A stretch of DNA of 58,696 nucleotides, from assembly GCA_036231525.1 (NCBI GenBank), contig JAZAGZ010000071.1, positions 1 to 58,696 of the forward strand. The letters run 5' to 3'. Both the position numbers and the translations under genes were made by a program. Positions 1-8,958 of the stretch are shown piece by piece. The notes beneath the pieces were generated by a model, which saw only the letters and a program-made list of their open reading frames with translations, was not told the DNA's origin and did not search any database. The first letter of the stretch is position 1; every line of letters starts with the position of its first letter. The DNA is from Pseudomonadota bacterium. Its GTDB lineage: Bacteria; Pseudomonadota; Gammaproteobacteria; Steroidobacterales; Rariloculaceae.

Positions 1-1940
1 CAGTCACCACAACCTTCGCAAACCAAGGGATTAATCATTACCCAACGATCCGGATCCTCCACCTCCCCTCGCTTACGGCGACGACGCAATTCTGCTGCGC
101 AAGTCTGATCGTATATAAGAGCAGAAACACCACTGTGTTCCCGAAGCTCTTTCTGCAAAGTATCTAACTCACGTCGATGGTGAACCGTAACCCCAACCGG
201 AAATTTTGTTTGTTCAGTGTATTTCCCGGGTTGATCAGTCACAACCACAACTCGTCCCACCCCTTCGGCAGTGAGCTGTTGAGCAATCTGAGATACACTG
301 AATCCGCCTTCAGCCGGTTGGCCACCGGTCATCGCCACCGCATCGTTATAAAGAATCTTATAAGTAATATTGACTCCAGCGGCGACAGCAGCTCGAATAG
401 CAAGCAACCCCGAGTGTGCGTATGTACCATCGCCAATATTCTGGAATACATGGGGAACCTCAGTGAACGGAGCCTGCCCAAGCCAAGTAGCGCCCTCCCC
501 TCCCATTTGCGTGAAAGTGCCCGTGTCACGGTCCATCCAAGAAGACATGAAGTGGCAACCAATACCAGCGATGGCTCGACTACCTTCTGGCACTCGCGTC
601 GAGGTATTGTGAGGACAACCAGAACAGAAGTGAGGCAACCTAGTCTCAGCACACTGAGACTCCTCGAGAAACCGTTCCTGCTGTTCTAAAAAGTGTAACC
701 GCGCGTCAATATCCGGGCTGCTATAAAAGCGAGAAAGCCTCCCCGCAATAACTTTCGCAATACTTCCTGGTGTTAATTCGCCGGTAGATGGCAGAATCCA
801 TTCACCCTGCTCATCGAATTGACCAATAATCACAGGCCGGGAATCAGTCGCCCAATTGTAGAGTTGTTTTTTGAGCTGATCCTCTATAACCGTACGTTTT
901 TCCTCTACGACTAGCACTTCCTCTAGACCTGTTGCGAAAGAACGAATCCCTTCCGGTTCTAAAGGCCAACTCATTCCAATCTTGAACAACTTGATCCCAA
1001 TTTCACTAGCGCGTTGCTGGTCTATCCCAAGATCCTTTAACGCCTGCAGAACATCCAAGTAAGCCTTTCCAGTCGAGATGATCCCAAGCCGCGGCCGTGG
1101 ACTGTCGATTATGAGCCGATTCAGCTCATTGACTCGGGCAAACGCAAGCGCCGCATATATCTTGTGGCGTTGCAAGCGATATTCCTGTTCATTTGGTGAG
1201 TCAGGCCAACGTATATGGAGCCCTCCCTCAGGGATATCGAAATCAGGCTCGATGATTTCAAGCCCTTGTGGCGCCTTAATAGTTTGTGAAGAATCTGCGT
1301 TTTCCTCGGTCATTTTCAACCCTACCCAACAACCGCTAAAACGCGACAATCCGTATCCCATGAGTCCTAACCACAGTTCATCCTGTACATCAGCTGGGTT
1401 CAATACAGGGATCATTGCATCAATGAAACTGTACTCACTCTGGTGCGGAAGAGTCGATGACTTACAAACATGATCATCACCAGCAACAACCAGTACACCA
1501 CCATACTTTGACACTCCGGCTGCGTTAGCATGCTTAAATGCATCACCGGAGCGATCGACGCCCGGACCTTTTCCGTACCAAAGGCCAAATATTCCGTCGT
1601 AACGTGCGCCTGGAAACAGGTTGAGCTGTTGTGTACCCCAAATAGCTGTTGCAGCCAACTCTTCATTTACTCCGGGTTGGAAGTGGATAGGCGCGCACTC
1701 TAAAAAATCCCGCGCCCGCCAGAGCTCCTGGTCAAGCCCGCCAAGAGGTGACCCTCGATACCCAGAAACAAATCCGGCTGTTTTTAACCCAGCTTCCCGA
1801 TCGCGTCGACTCTGCAGTAACAGTAGTTTCACCAGGGCCTGTAGCCCCGTTAAATAAATTGAGCCCTCATCTAACCTGTAACGCTCATCGACATCTTGAA
1901 CATCGCGCAACTTTCTTACACCTCTTAAGGAAGCACTCAT
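1..1940 (-). CDS. indolepyruvate/2-oxoacid:ferredoxin oxidoreductase family protein (N-terminal ~646 aa; C-terminus lies beyond the left edge)
   Basis: Absent from the ORF track because the frame runs off the window. My own translation of the minus strand from ATG 1940..1938 gives MSASLRGVRKLRDVQDVDERYRLDEGSIYLTGLQALVKLLLLQSRRDREAGLKTAGFVSGYRGS. This matches the usual N-terminus of the large proteobacterial IOR family. The same frame at 449..408 reads VFQNIGDGTYAHSG, the TPP-binding GDG..Y.HSG motif. Confidence 0.8.
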   Translation of the reverse strand, partial: MSASLRGVRKLRDVQDVDERYRLDEGSIYLTGLQALVKLLLLQSRRDREAGLKTAGFVSGYRGSPLGGLDQELWRARDFLECAPIHFQPGVNEELAATAIWGTQQLNLFPGARYDGIFGLWYGKGPGVDRSGDAFKHANAAGVSKYGGVLVVAGDDHVCKSSTLPHQSEYSFIDAMIPVLNPADVQDELWLGLMGYGLSRFSGCWVGLKMTEENADSSQTIKAPQGLEIIEPDFDIPEGGLHIRWPDSPNEQEYRLQRHKIYAALAFARVNELNRLIIDSPRPRLGIISTGKAYLDVLQALKDLGIDQQRASEIGIKLFKIGMSWPLEPEGIRSFATGLEEVLVVEEKRTVIEDQLKKQLYNWATDSRPVIIGQFDEQGEWILPSTGELTPGSIAKVIAGRLSRFYSSPDIDARLHFLEQQERFLEESQCAETRLPHFCSGCPHNTSTRVPEGSRAIAGIGCHFMSSWMDRDTGTFTQMGGEGATWLGQAPFTEVPHVFQNIGDGTYAHSGLLAIRAAVAAGVNITYKILYNDAVAMTGGQPAEGGFSVSQIAQQLTAEGVGRVVVVTDQPGKYTEQTKFPVGVTVHHRRELDTLQKELREHSGVSALIYDQTCAAELRRRRKRGEVEDPDRWVMINPLVCEGCGD

Positions 1941-1958
1941 TCTGCACGGTCCTTCACA

Positions 1959-2954
1959 TCATGGATCAGGGTAATCATCTAGGATCTGTAGAAACTGTTC
2001 ATGATCAATATTAGCGCCGCTAAGGATGATCGCGACACAGCTAAGATCCTGAGCCACTCCACCTAAAACTGCTGCTAAAGCAACGGCACCCGCTGGTTCC
2101 AGCACTAATTTTAAGTGGCGAGCCGCAAATGCAACAGCATGCGTTGTTTGTGTATCTGTCACCGTAAGACCTCCGGCGAGTGCCTCCCGATTGATTGCAA
2201 AGGTAATAGCGCCAGGCATTGGTGCCATCAAGGCATCACAAATAGTGACAGGATGACCACAAACCATTTGTCGCTCACCAGATTCAAGAGAGCGTCTAGT
2301 ATCATCGTAAGACTCTGGTTCTACCGCATAAATCTCGCACTTCTCAAAAACTGAGTTGATGCTAAGTGCACACCCAGCGACGAGACCACCTCCGCCGCAT
2401 GGACAATAAAAGGCATTTAGCTCTAACCCCTCATCATATGCATGACGTGCTGTCTCTAATCCAACCGTGCCCTGTCCCGCAATGATATCAGGATGATCAA
2501 ATGCTGGAACTAAGGCGGCACCAGTCTTCTGAGCAATCTTCGCAGCAATGTACTCCCTATCCTCCAAATAACGATCGTAAAGAATTATTTTTGCACCAAG
2601 TACTCTTGTATTGAACTGCTTAATCTTTGGTGCATCCTTTGGCATGACGATGGTTGCTTCCACACCCAACCACTTTGAGGCCATCGCAACACCTTGAGCG
2701 TGGTTTCCAGACGAGAAAGCAACCACCCCCGCGCTTCGCTCTTCATGGCTTAATTGGAGAAGTCGATTGAGAGCGCCACGTATCTTGAAGGTACCTGTAT
2801 GCTGCAAAGACTCGGCTTTTATCAATACACGAGAACCAGCCCTTGAATTTAACACATCAGATTCGAGTACTGGTGTTGAGATGACCCACTCCCTCAAGCG
2901 TGTGTGGGCTTCTTCAATATTGCGTGCGGTTGGTAATACGTCAGTCATAGTCAT
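1959..2954 (-). CDS. PLP-dependent threonine/serine dehydratase (threonine ammonia-lyase family, no ACT regulatory domain)
   Basis: 331-aa ORF. PLP-lysine context ESLQHTGTFKIRGALN, plus FSSGNHAQG and CPCGGGGL loops typical of fold-type II dehydratases. Its stop lies 18 nt upstream of the IOR start on the same strand. Confidence 0.8.
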   Translation of the reverse strand: MTMTDVLPTARNIEEAHTRLREWVISTPVLESDVLNSRAGSRVLIKAESLQHTGTFKIRGALNRLLQLSHEERSAGVVAFSSGNHAQGVAMASKWLGVEATIVMPKDAPKIKQFNTRVLGAKIILYDRYLEDREYIAAKIAQKTGAALVPAFDHPDIIAGQGTVGLETARHAYDEGLELNAFYCPCGGGGLVAGCALSINSVFEKCEIYAVEPESYDDTRRSLESGERQMVCGHPVTICDALMAPMPGAITFAINREALAGGLTVTDTQTTHAVAFAARHLKLVLEPAGAVALAAVLGGVAQDLSCVAIILSGANIDHEQFLQILDDYPDP

Positions 2955-2987
2955 CGCAGCTTGCGAGTCAAATTAACGGGTACTATA

Positions 2988-3180
2988 GTAGACGACGACG
3001 GTACCCCTATGGGTTTTGAAAGGGAACACGGTGTGGTAAATCGTTACCAATGCCGTGGCTGTGCCCGCAACTGTAAGCAGCTAGTTCGTCGTCCAGCATG
3101 GTCACTGGGCTTTAGCCTGGGAAGGCCGAACGACGAACCGTGAGCTGCGAGCCAGGAGACCTGCCGTCAAGTCGTCCATC
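2988..3180 (+). promoter_or_regulatory. cobalamin (B12) riboswitch aptamer in the leader of the btu-like operon
   Basis: Conserved core read directly. GGTACC..AAAGGGAACACGGTG..AAATC..GCTGTGCCCGCAACTGTAAGC lies at about 3000-3078. GGTCACTGGG..CTGGGAAGGCC lies at about 3100-3127. The B12 box GAGCCAGGAGACCTGCCGTC is at 3149-3168. Candidate closing helix: GACGAC (2991-2999 region) with GTCGTC (3171-3176). The element sits between the divergent dehydratase gene and the first transporter gene. Confidence 0.85.
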
Positions 3181-3245
3181 CGGGAGGCGGGTTACCTCAA
3201 CGGGGCGGTCAAACCGCAGCGGCGACACCGGCAACGGTTTGCTGC

Positions 3246-4226
3246 GTGCATTCACGTTTTCCATCGATGCGCAGCTTGCATCGCAGCAACGTTGTCATGT
3301 GTGTTTATGTCCCTATGGGGTATGCAATGGCAGCTGAACAAGACCGTCAATCTAATTTAAAACAAGGGTTTACGCTATGTTGTGCGGGTTTAATTTTCTC
3401 CGTGTGTACTTCAATAGCACTAGAAGTCGATAAACCTCAACGCATCGTATCGACCAATATTTGTACTGACCAACTGCTAATCAAGCTGGTAGACCAAAAA
3501 CGTATCGCCTCATTATCACATTTGGCCTCAGACCCCCACTCTTCGTGGATAGCCACAGAAACTAGCACCCTGCACTTGAACCGTGGAACTGCTGAGGAAG
3601 TCATTGCCCTTAATCCAGATCTCATCATTACTTCTACTTTTAGCTTTCGACCAACTGTAGCCATTCTTGAACAACTGGGGTACAGGGTCATCCAGTTGCC
3701 AATAGCGGGGAGTCTCGACGAGATTTCGTCAAACCTTCGCATACTGGCAAACGCAGTTGGAGAACCTGATCGGGGCAGTATCCTGATCAACGAGTTTCGT
3801 TCTGAAATAGAACACCATACTTTCCGAGGAACCGGACCACGGCCGCTCTTTGTGAGTTATGAGGTCGATGGCTGGACGACTGGAAAAAATTCTCTCGTTG
3901 CTGACATCACGCGAACTGCTGGGTTCGAAACTATAGGTGATCGACTCGGTTTCTCTGGCGGGCGTAGAGTTTCTCTTGAGGAGTTACTGGCCCTTAAACC
4001 CGAGTTGATCGACCTGGGGCACCCTTGGAGTGACCCCCCCACCTTAGTTTCTGAGAGTTTACGCCATCCAGCGCTACGCGCACTGCTAACGAGCACAGAG
4101 GTTATTGATATACCTGATCCACTGTGGATATGCGGCTCCACACGGACGCTTGAAGCGCTCTCGATGTTACGAGACGCACGTGACGGTATTCAGCCACGTC
4201 AAAGGTCTACACATACAGATGGATGA
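3246..4226 (+). CDS. btuF: periplasmic substrate-binding protein of a cobalamin/iron-chelate type ABC importer (BtuF/FecB class)
   Basis: First ORF after the B12 riboswitch. Hydrophobic signal-like segment LCCAGLIFSVCTSIA, then PQRIVSTNICTDQLLIKL and VIALNPDLIITS, typical of this binding-protein class. The true start may be the ATG at 3327 (MAAEQ...). The stop overlaps the permease start (ATGGATGA, 4219-4226). Confidence 0.7.
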   Translation: MHSRFPSMRSLHRSNVVMCVYVPMGYAMAAEQDRQSNLKQGFTLCCAGLIFSVCTSIALEVDKPQRIVSTNICTDQLLIKLVDQKRIASLSHLASDPHSSWIATETSTLHLNRGTAEEVIALNPDLIITSTFSFRPTVAILEQLGYRVIQLPIAGSLDEISSNLRILANAVGEPDRGSILINEFRSEIEHHTFRGTGPRPLFVSYEVDGWTTGKNSLVADITRTAGFETIGDRLGFSGGRRVSLEELLALKPELIDLGHPWSDPPTLVSESLRHPALRALLTSTEVIDIPDPLWICGSTRTLEALSMLRDARDGIQPRQRSTHTDG

Positions 4227-5220
4227 CCGAAAACACTACTATTTTTTAATCGCAATTCTCACCCTTCTTGTCGCTATATTTTTTACATTCTCAGTATTAG
4301 TGGGCACTACAGGAGCAAGCCTCTCAGATATCTTTACCACGATCGGACAGCATGATTCTGAGATCTCCTCGTTAATCATACGAGAAATTAGACTTCCTCG
4401 AGCTATTCTAGGATTGTTGATAGGGGCAACCCTCGGCCTAGCGGGCGCAACGCTTCAAGGCTACCTGCGCAATCCTTTAGCAGAACCAGGAGTAATTGGA
4501 GTGTCTACAGCAGCGGCTCTAGGTGCCGTTCTTGCGATCTATACAGGACTCTCACTCGTGGCGCCCCTAGCTTTGCCATTAATGGCGATAGGAGGATCTT
4601 TAATCGTAGTACTGTTATTACAAACACTTGCGGGCGCAGGTAGCGTACTGACTCTCATTCTAGCTGGTGTAGCAATTTCAAGCCTCTGCGGTGCACTCAC
4701 CTCGCTCGCACTTAACCTATCCGATAATCCATTTGCCTCACTCGAGATTGTCTTTTGGCTCCTAGGATCAATCACGGATCGAAGTATGGCCCATGTCTGG
4801 CTTGCAGCCCCCTTCATCCTCACTGGCTGGCTATTGTTAATCGCCAGCGCACGCGCACTAGATGCGTTGAGTCTGGGTGAGGAAGTCGCCTTGAGCCTAG
4901 GCGTCAACGTAAAACAGACCCGTCTCCTGGTAGTGTCTGGTACCGCGATCAGCGTTGGTGCCTGCACTGCTGTAAGCGGGGTTATAGGCTTTATAGGTTT
5001 GGTTGTCCCACACCTTCTTCGCCCTCTAGTTGGGCATCATCCAAGTCGACTGTTATTGGCGAGCGCATTGGCCGGCGCCAGCTTGCTGCTCTGCGCAGAT
5101 ATTTTGGTGCGGATAGTTAACTCTAGTACAGAACTGAAACTTGGGGTAGTTACAGCATTGATCGGCGGGCCCTTCTTCCTATTTCTTATCTTTCGACTTA
5201 AAGCGTACTACGGCACATGA
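4219..5220 (+). CDS. btuC: FecCD/BtuC-type ABC importer permease
   Basis: Polytopic hydrophobic protein with REIRLPRAILGLLIGATLGLAGATLQGYLRNPLAEPGVIGVS, characteristic of FecCD-family permeases. I prefer the ATG at 4219 (MDDRKHYYFLIAIL) over the track start at 4105. ATGA overlap with the ATPase gene at 5217-5220. Confidence 0.8.
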   Translation: MDDRKHYYFLIAILTLLVAIFFTFSVLVGTTGASLSDIFTTIGQHDSEISSLIIREIRLPRAILGLLIGATLGLAGATLQGYLRNPLAEPGVIGVSTAAALGAVLAIYTGLSLVAPLALPLMAIGGSLIVVLLLQTLAGAGSVLTLILAGVAISSLCGALTSLALNLSDNPFASLEIVFWLLGSITDRSMAHVWLAAPFILTGWLLLIASARALDALSLGEEVALSLGVNVKQTRLLVVSGTAISVGACTAVSGVIGFIGLVVPHLLRPLVGHHPSRLLLASALAGASLLLCADILVRIVNSSTELKLGVVTALIGGPFFLFLIFRLKAYYGT

Positions 5221-5999
5221 GGTTAGAGGTGTCCAACATGACGGTTCAAACCCATGAACACACAATCGTCAATGACCTCTCTATGATGCTAGATCAAGGT
5301 GAGTTGGTCGGATTAATTGGTCCAAATGGCGCAGGAAAATCAACCCTATTGAAGGCTATTGTTGGCTCTAGAAAGCTCTCGAGCGGACGAGTCATGATTG
5401 ACGGAGTACCCCTTGAGCGTTTGTCGGCTATCGAGCGTGCGAGAAAACTCTCTTACTTACCTCAGGAACGTTATGTTGAGTGGCAACTGCCTGTGCGGAC
5501 AGTAGTAATGCTTGGTCGTTTCCCACACCGACAAGGATTCGGTCCACCAACCCCTGATTGTGAAGTTGCGGTAGATCGCGCACTGGATGCGGTCGATGCA
5601 ACCCCATTCGCTCTACGTAGCGTAACCTCTCTATCTGGGGGAGAACGCGCTCGAGTCCTCCTCGCTCGGGCGCTTGCAGTCGAAGCTCCACTACTCATAG
5701 CAGATGAGCCCATCACTGAACTTGACCCTTACCACCAGATCCACGTTATGGAAATTCTGCGAAACAGAGCAAACGAAGGAACTGGTGTGCTTGTGGTGCT
5801 ACATGATCTTGCGATGGCGGCACGCTTCATGGACCGACTTATCCTGATGAACTGCGGGAGCATTGTCTCCACAGGAACCCCCACCGAAGTAATTAACCGG
5901 GAAAATCTGGAAAATGTCTACCGAGTCTCTCCACTAAATCAACCTGCCTCGCACGAAGCGCTTGCATCACCGTGGCAGAAAATGGACCAAAATAACTAG
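5217..5999 (+). CDS. btuD: ABC importer ATP-binding protein (BtuD/FecE-like)
   Basis: Walker A GPNGAGKST, signature LSGGERARV, Walker B LLIADEPITELD, H-loop VVLHDL. One-nt stop/start overlap (TAGTG) with the receptor gene at 5999. Confidence 0.85.
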   Translation: MRLEVSNMTVQTHEHTIVNDLSMMLDQGELVGLIGPNGAGKSTLLKAIVGSRKLSSGRVMIDGVPLERLSAIERARKLSYLPQERYVEWQLPVRTVVMLGRFPHRQGFGPPTPDCEVAVDRALDAVDATPFALRSVTSLSGGERARVLLARALAVEAPLLIADEPITELDPYHQIHVMEILRNRANEGTGVLVVLHDLAMAARFMDRLILMNCGSIVSTGTPTEVINRENLENVYRVSPLNQPASHEALASPWQKMDQNN

Positions 6000-7921
6000 T
6001 GAGGGCGAAATCTACAATCTCAGCTCAGCACCACATACATTTCGTTCTGTCGAAGATAGTTTTTTTCTTGCTATCCACTGTGCCCATGCCACTACCGGCG
6101 CAAACCAGTGAATTTCAATTAGAAGATTTCTCGGAAGAGATGATAGTTGTTTCGAGTAGGATCGAAACACCATTGCGAACAGTGGGAACGGCAGTGTCTG
6201 TAATCACCGCCGAAGATATCCAGTTCCAAGGTTATAACTCAATAGCCGAAGTGTTGAGAGCACAACCTGGCATTGGTGTTACCAATAACGGTGGTGTGGG
6301 CAAACCAACAACTGTGAGAATCCGAGGCGAGGAAAGTTATCGAACACTCGTGATGATCGACGGTGTCAAGTTGGCTGATCCGAGCGGCACTCAGGTCGGA
6401 CCAACATTTGAGCATCTTATTTCAACCAACAGGATTGAGCGTATCGAAGTTCTGAGAGGCTCTCAGGGTTTTATCTACGGCGCTGATGCAGGGGGAGTCG
6501 TAAATATTCTAACTCGAACGGGCGCGGGACCTGTTGAGGGAGAAGCTAATATTGGATTTGGTAGGTTCAATACCAAAAAAATAGATGGAGCCTTCTCAGG
6601 AGGCAACGACGAAGGGGACTTTTTCATCTCAGTGTCTGATCTCTCGTCTGATGGGTATAACTCCAAAATATCCGATACCGATTTGATGGACAACGATGGA
6701 TATGAAAACACCACATTACACACGAAGCTTGGTTGGGAGCCTGCTGACAACTTTAGGCTACAGCTCGTTGCGCGTGATACCGACGCTGAAAATAAATTTG
6801 ATAGCTGTGGATTTCCGGCGACAAATGATTGCACCGGATCAATCTCACAAACTCTTTTCAAGCTCTCTGGCAACTATGAAGCAGGTAAATTTACGCACTT
6901 TCTAGGTGTGGGTGCCACCGATGTTCAGAGGAGTAATCTTTGGGCTGGTGTTAAATCTTTCATGACAGAAGGAAATATCCGCCATGCTGAATACGTAGGT
7001 AGTGTAAAACTAAGCGCAATCTCAACTCTCGTGTATGGCGCAGACCTCAACAAAGAACACGTCGTGAGCAACAGCGGAAATAACCTAGAGCGAAACCAAA
7101 CTGGATCCTACCTTGAGTACCAGAGTCGGGTTGGAGAGAATTACTTTTTAACTGCTGGGGCTCGTTACGACGACAATGATGATTTCGGCAAACACACGAG
7201 TGTCCGGATCTCGGCAGCACAATTCAAAGACCTAGATGGTGGGTCAACCCTCAAATATCGTGCCAGTTACGGAACAGGCTTTAGAGCACCCAGTCTTTCC
7301 GAAATAGCATACAACACCGGCCTCCTCGCTTTTCCTCCCGCTACGGATGCTCCGGTAACAGAAGAGTCAAGCACTGGCTTTGATATTGGAATCGAGTACA
7401 CCAGCGTTAGTGGTTTGTACGTTGGTGCAACTTACTTCAATCAGAAAATAGAGGATGAAATTTTTTTTGATTTGGCGGGCTTCTCAGGCTACCTGCAATC
7501 ATTCGGCACTAACCTTTCGAGAGGGATTGAACTCATCGTAGAATATCCGATCACCTCTCAATGGACTGTACTTGGCAATTTAACTACCAACGACACCGAG
7601 AACCGGGAGGGCCTTCAACGCATTCGTAGACCGAGACGACTAACCAATATCGGTATCCGATTCTCATCTCCAAATAATAGATTTAGACTGCTCGCGCACT
7701 ATCGAGCGTCAAAAGACTCCGTAGATGAGCTATACGGTATTGGGCGCGTTCCACTTAATGACCACCAGATTCTTGACATCAGTACAGTCTACGCTCTAAG
7801 CGAAACACTTGAGACCTATGGACGTCTGGAGAACGTGACTGCTGAAGATTATCAAGAAGTAATAGGGTTCCGCTCAGCAGGCTTTGCTGCCTATGGAGGA
7901 ATTCGGATTCGGTTCAGATAA
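5999..7921 (+). CDS. btuB: TonB-dependent outer-membrane receptor, probably cobalamin (BtuB-like)
   Basis: 640 aa with a signal peptide. Plug-domain motifs EEMIVVSSRIETPL, SVITAEDI and VRIRGEESYRTLVMIDGVKL. A long beta-barrel region rich in alternating aromatic residues and Gly. Last gene of the riboswitch-led transporter string. Substrate is inferred from context only. Confidence 0.75.
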   Translation: MRAKSTISAQHHIHFVLSKIVFFLLSTVPMPLPAQTSEFQLEDFSEEMIVVSSRIETPLRTVGTAVSVITAEDIQFQGYNSIAEVLRAQPGIGVTNNGGVGKPTTVRIRGEESYRTLVMIDGVKLADPSGTQVGPTFEHLISTNRIERIEVLRGSQGFIYGADAGGVVNILTRTGAGPVEGEANIGFGRFNTKKIDGAFSGGNDEGDFFISVSDLSSDGYNSKISDTDLMDNDGYENTTLHTKLGWEPADNFRLQLVARDTDAENKFDSCGFPATNDCTGSISQTLFKLSGNYEAGKFTHFLGVGATDVQRSNLWAGVKSFMTEGNIRHAEYVGSVKLSAISTLVYGADLNKEHVVSNSGNNLERNQTGSYLEYQSRVGENYFLTAGARYDDNDDFGKHTSVRISAAQFKDLDGGSTLKYRASYGTGFRAPSLSEIAYNTGLLAFPPATDAPVTEESSTGFDIGIEYTSVSGLYVGATYFNQKIEDEIFFDLAGFSGYLQSFGTNLSRGIELIVEYPITSQWTVLGNLTTNDTENREGLQRIRRPRRLTNIGIRFSSPNNRFRLLAHYRASKDSVDELYGIGRVPLNDHQILDISTVYALSETLETYGRLENVTAEDYQEVIGFRSAGFAAYGGIRIRFR

Positions 7922-7935
7922 ACTGTATAGGCAAT

Positions 7936-8859
7936 ATGCACGAAGAAAATCTTCATCATTGGCAACACTCTCATGCATTCGGACAGCATGTGAAGCGCCC
8001 GGGTGAAACTCGCACATTGATAGTGATCGCTATCACCTCGGTAATGATGATAGTAGAGATTGCAGCCGGCCTTGCATTCGGGTCTATGGCTCTTCTTGCA
8101 GACGGCCTACATATGGCCTCACATACAGCTGCCTTAAGCATTAATGCATTCGCTTACGTATATGCCCGACGGCATGCCCACAGTAAGTCCTTTAGTTTCG
8201 GGACCGGCAAGGTCAATACATTAGGTGGTTATACGGGCGCTATACTCCTTTCCGTTTTCGCGTTAATCATGGCATGGGAGAGTGTGATGCGGCTCATCTC
8301 TCCAGTCGAGATCGCGTTCAATCAAGCCATTTTAGTAGCCATTTTAGGTTTAGCGGTCAACAGCATTTCCGTTGTGATCCTGGGCCACCACCACCATCCT
8401 GAAAATGAGCATGAGCACCGCCACGACCATAATTTGGTATCGGCCTACTTGCACGTACTAGCCGATGCGTTAACGTCACTCCTTGCCATTTTCGCTTTGC
8501 TTGGCGCTAAATATTTGGGGTTAGTCTGGGCTGACCCTGCCATGGGTATCGTTGGCGCCATACTCGTCGCACGGTGGTCTGTTGGATTGTTACGTAACAC
8601 GGCACGAACCTTACTAGATAGACAGGCGACCGATGAGATCACCACCATGATTACAACGTCTATCGAATCTCAAGATGACACCCGCATCGTCGACCTGCAT
8701 GTATGGGCAGTGGGTCCAGATATATACTCAGCCACAGTGTCCATTGTTACTCATCACCCAAAACCACCCGATCACTATAAAGCATTGATACCGGGAAATT
8801 TGGGTATCGTACACACCACTATTGAAGTACACATGTGTGACGATTCGGTCAATTCATAG
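7936..8859 (+). CDS. dmeF: cation diffusion facilitator (CDF) efflux transporter, DmeF-like (Co/Ni type)
   Basis: 307 aa. N-terminal His-rich HHWQHSHAFGQH. TM motifs SMALLADGLHMASH and FSFGTGK, which I recall as DmeF-type. His-rich loop GHHHHPENEHEHRHDHN, and HVLADALTS in TM5. Starts 14 nt after the receptor gene stop. Confidence 0.7.
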   Translation: MHEENLHHWQHSHAFGQHVKRPGETRTLIVIAITSVMMIVEIAAGLAFGSMALLADGLHMASHTAALSINAFAYVYARRHAHSKSFSFGTGKVNTLGGYTGAILLSVFALIMAWESVMRLISPVEIAFNQAILVAILGLAVNSISVVILGHHHHPENEHEHRHDHNLVSAYLHVLADALTSLLAIFALLGAKYLGLVWADPAMGIVGAILVARWSVGLLRNTARTLLDRQATDEITTMITTSIESQDDTRIVDLHVWAVGPDIYSATVSIVTHHPKPPDHYKALIPGNLGIVHTTIEVHMCDDSVNS

Positions 8860-8958
8860 ACGCAGTCGTACTCTTTACTTTCAGATAATTCGACTCGAAT
8901 TATTTAGACAAATTGAGACATCGAAATAAGGTTTTAATCGCCCGGTATAATCGTTGCG

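Noticed and set aside
177-1857. Several 78-170 aa ORFs on both strands in the first 1.9 kb.
   Set aside because: All lie within the uninterrupted minus-strand IOR-family frame, which I verified from the N-terminal sequence and the in-frame GDGTYAHSG TPP motif.
2961-3337. Track ORFs of 60 and 65 aa (2961-3143 +, 3140-3337 +), and the first 27 codons of the 3246 ORF.
   Set aside because: They overlap the cobalamin riboswitch and its expression platform. The sequence conservation there is explained by RNA structure, not by coding.
8885-8958. A perfect inverted repeat ATAATTCG-act-CGAATTAT (8885-8903), and a TATAAT (8946-8951) only 7 nt before the modF-like ATG, which suggests a leaderless mRNA. 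A similar TATAAT (47907-47912) lies 11 nt before the cysteine-synthase ATG.
   Set aside because: The hairpin is AT-rich with no T-run, so it is neither a convincing terminator nor a known operator. No acceptable -35 element sits at the right spacing. Leaderless initiation cannot be supported from sequence alone.
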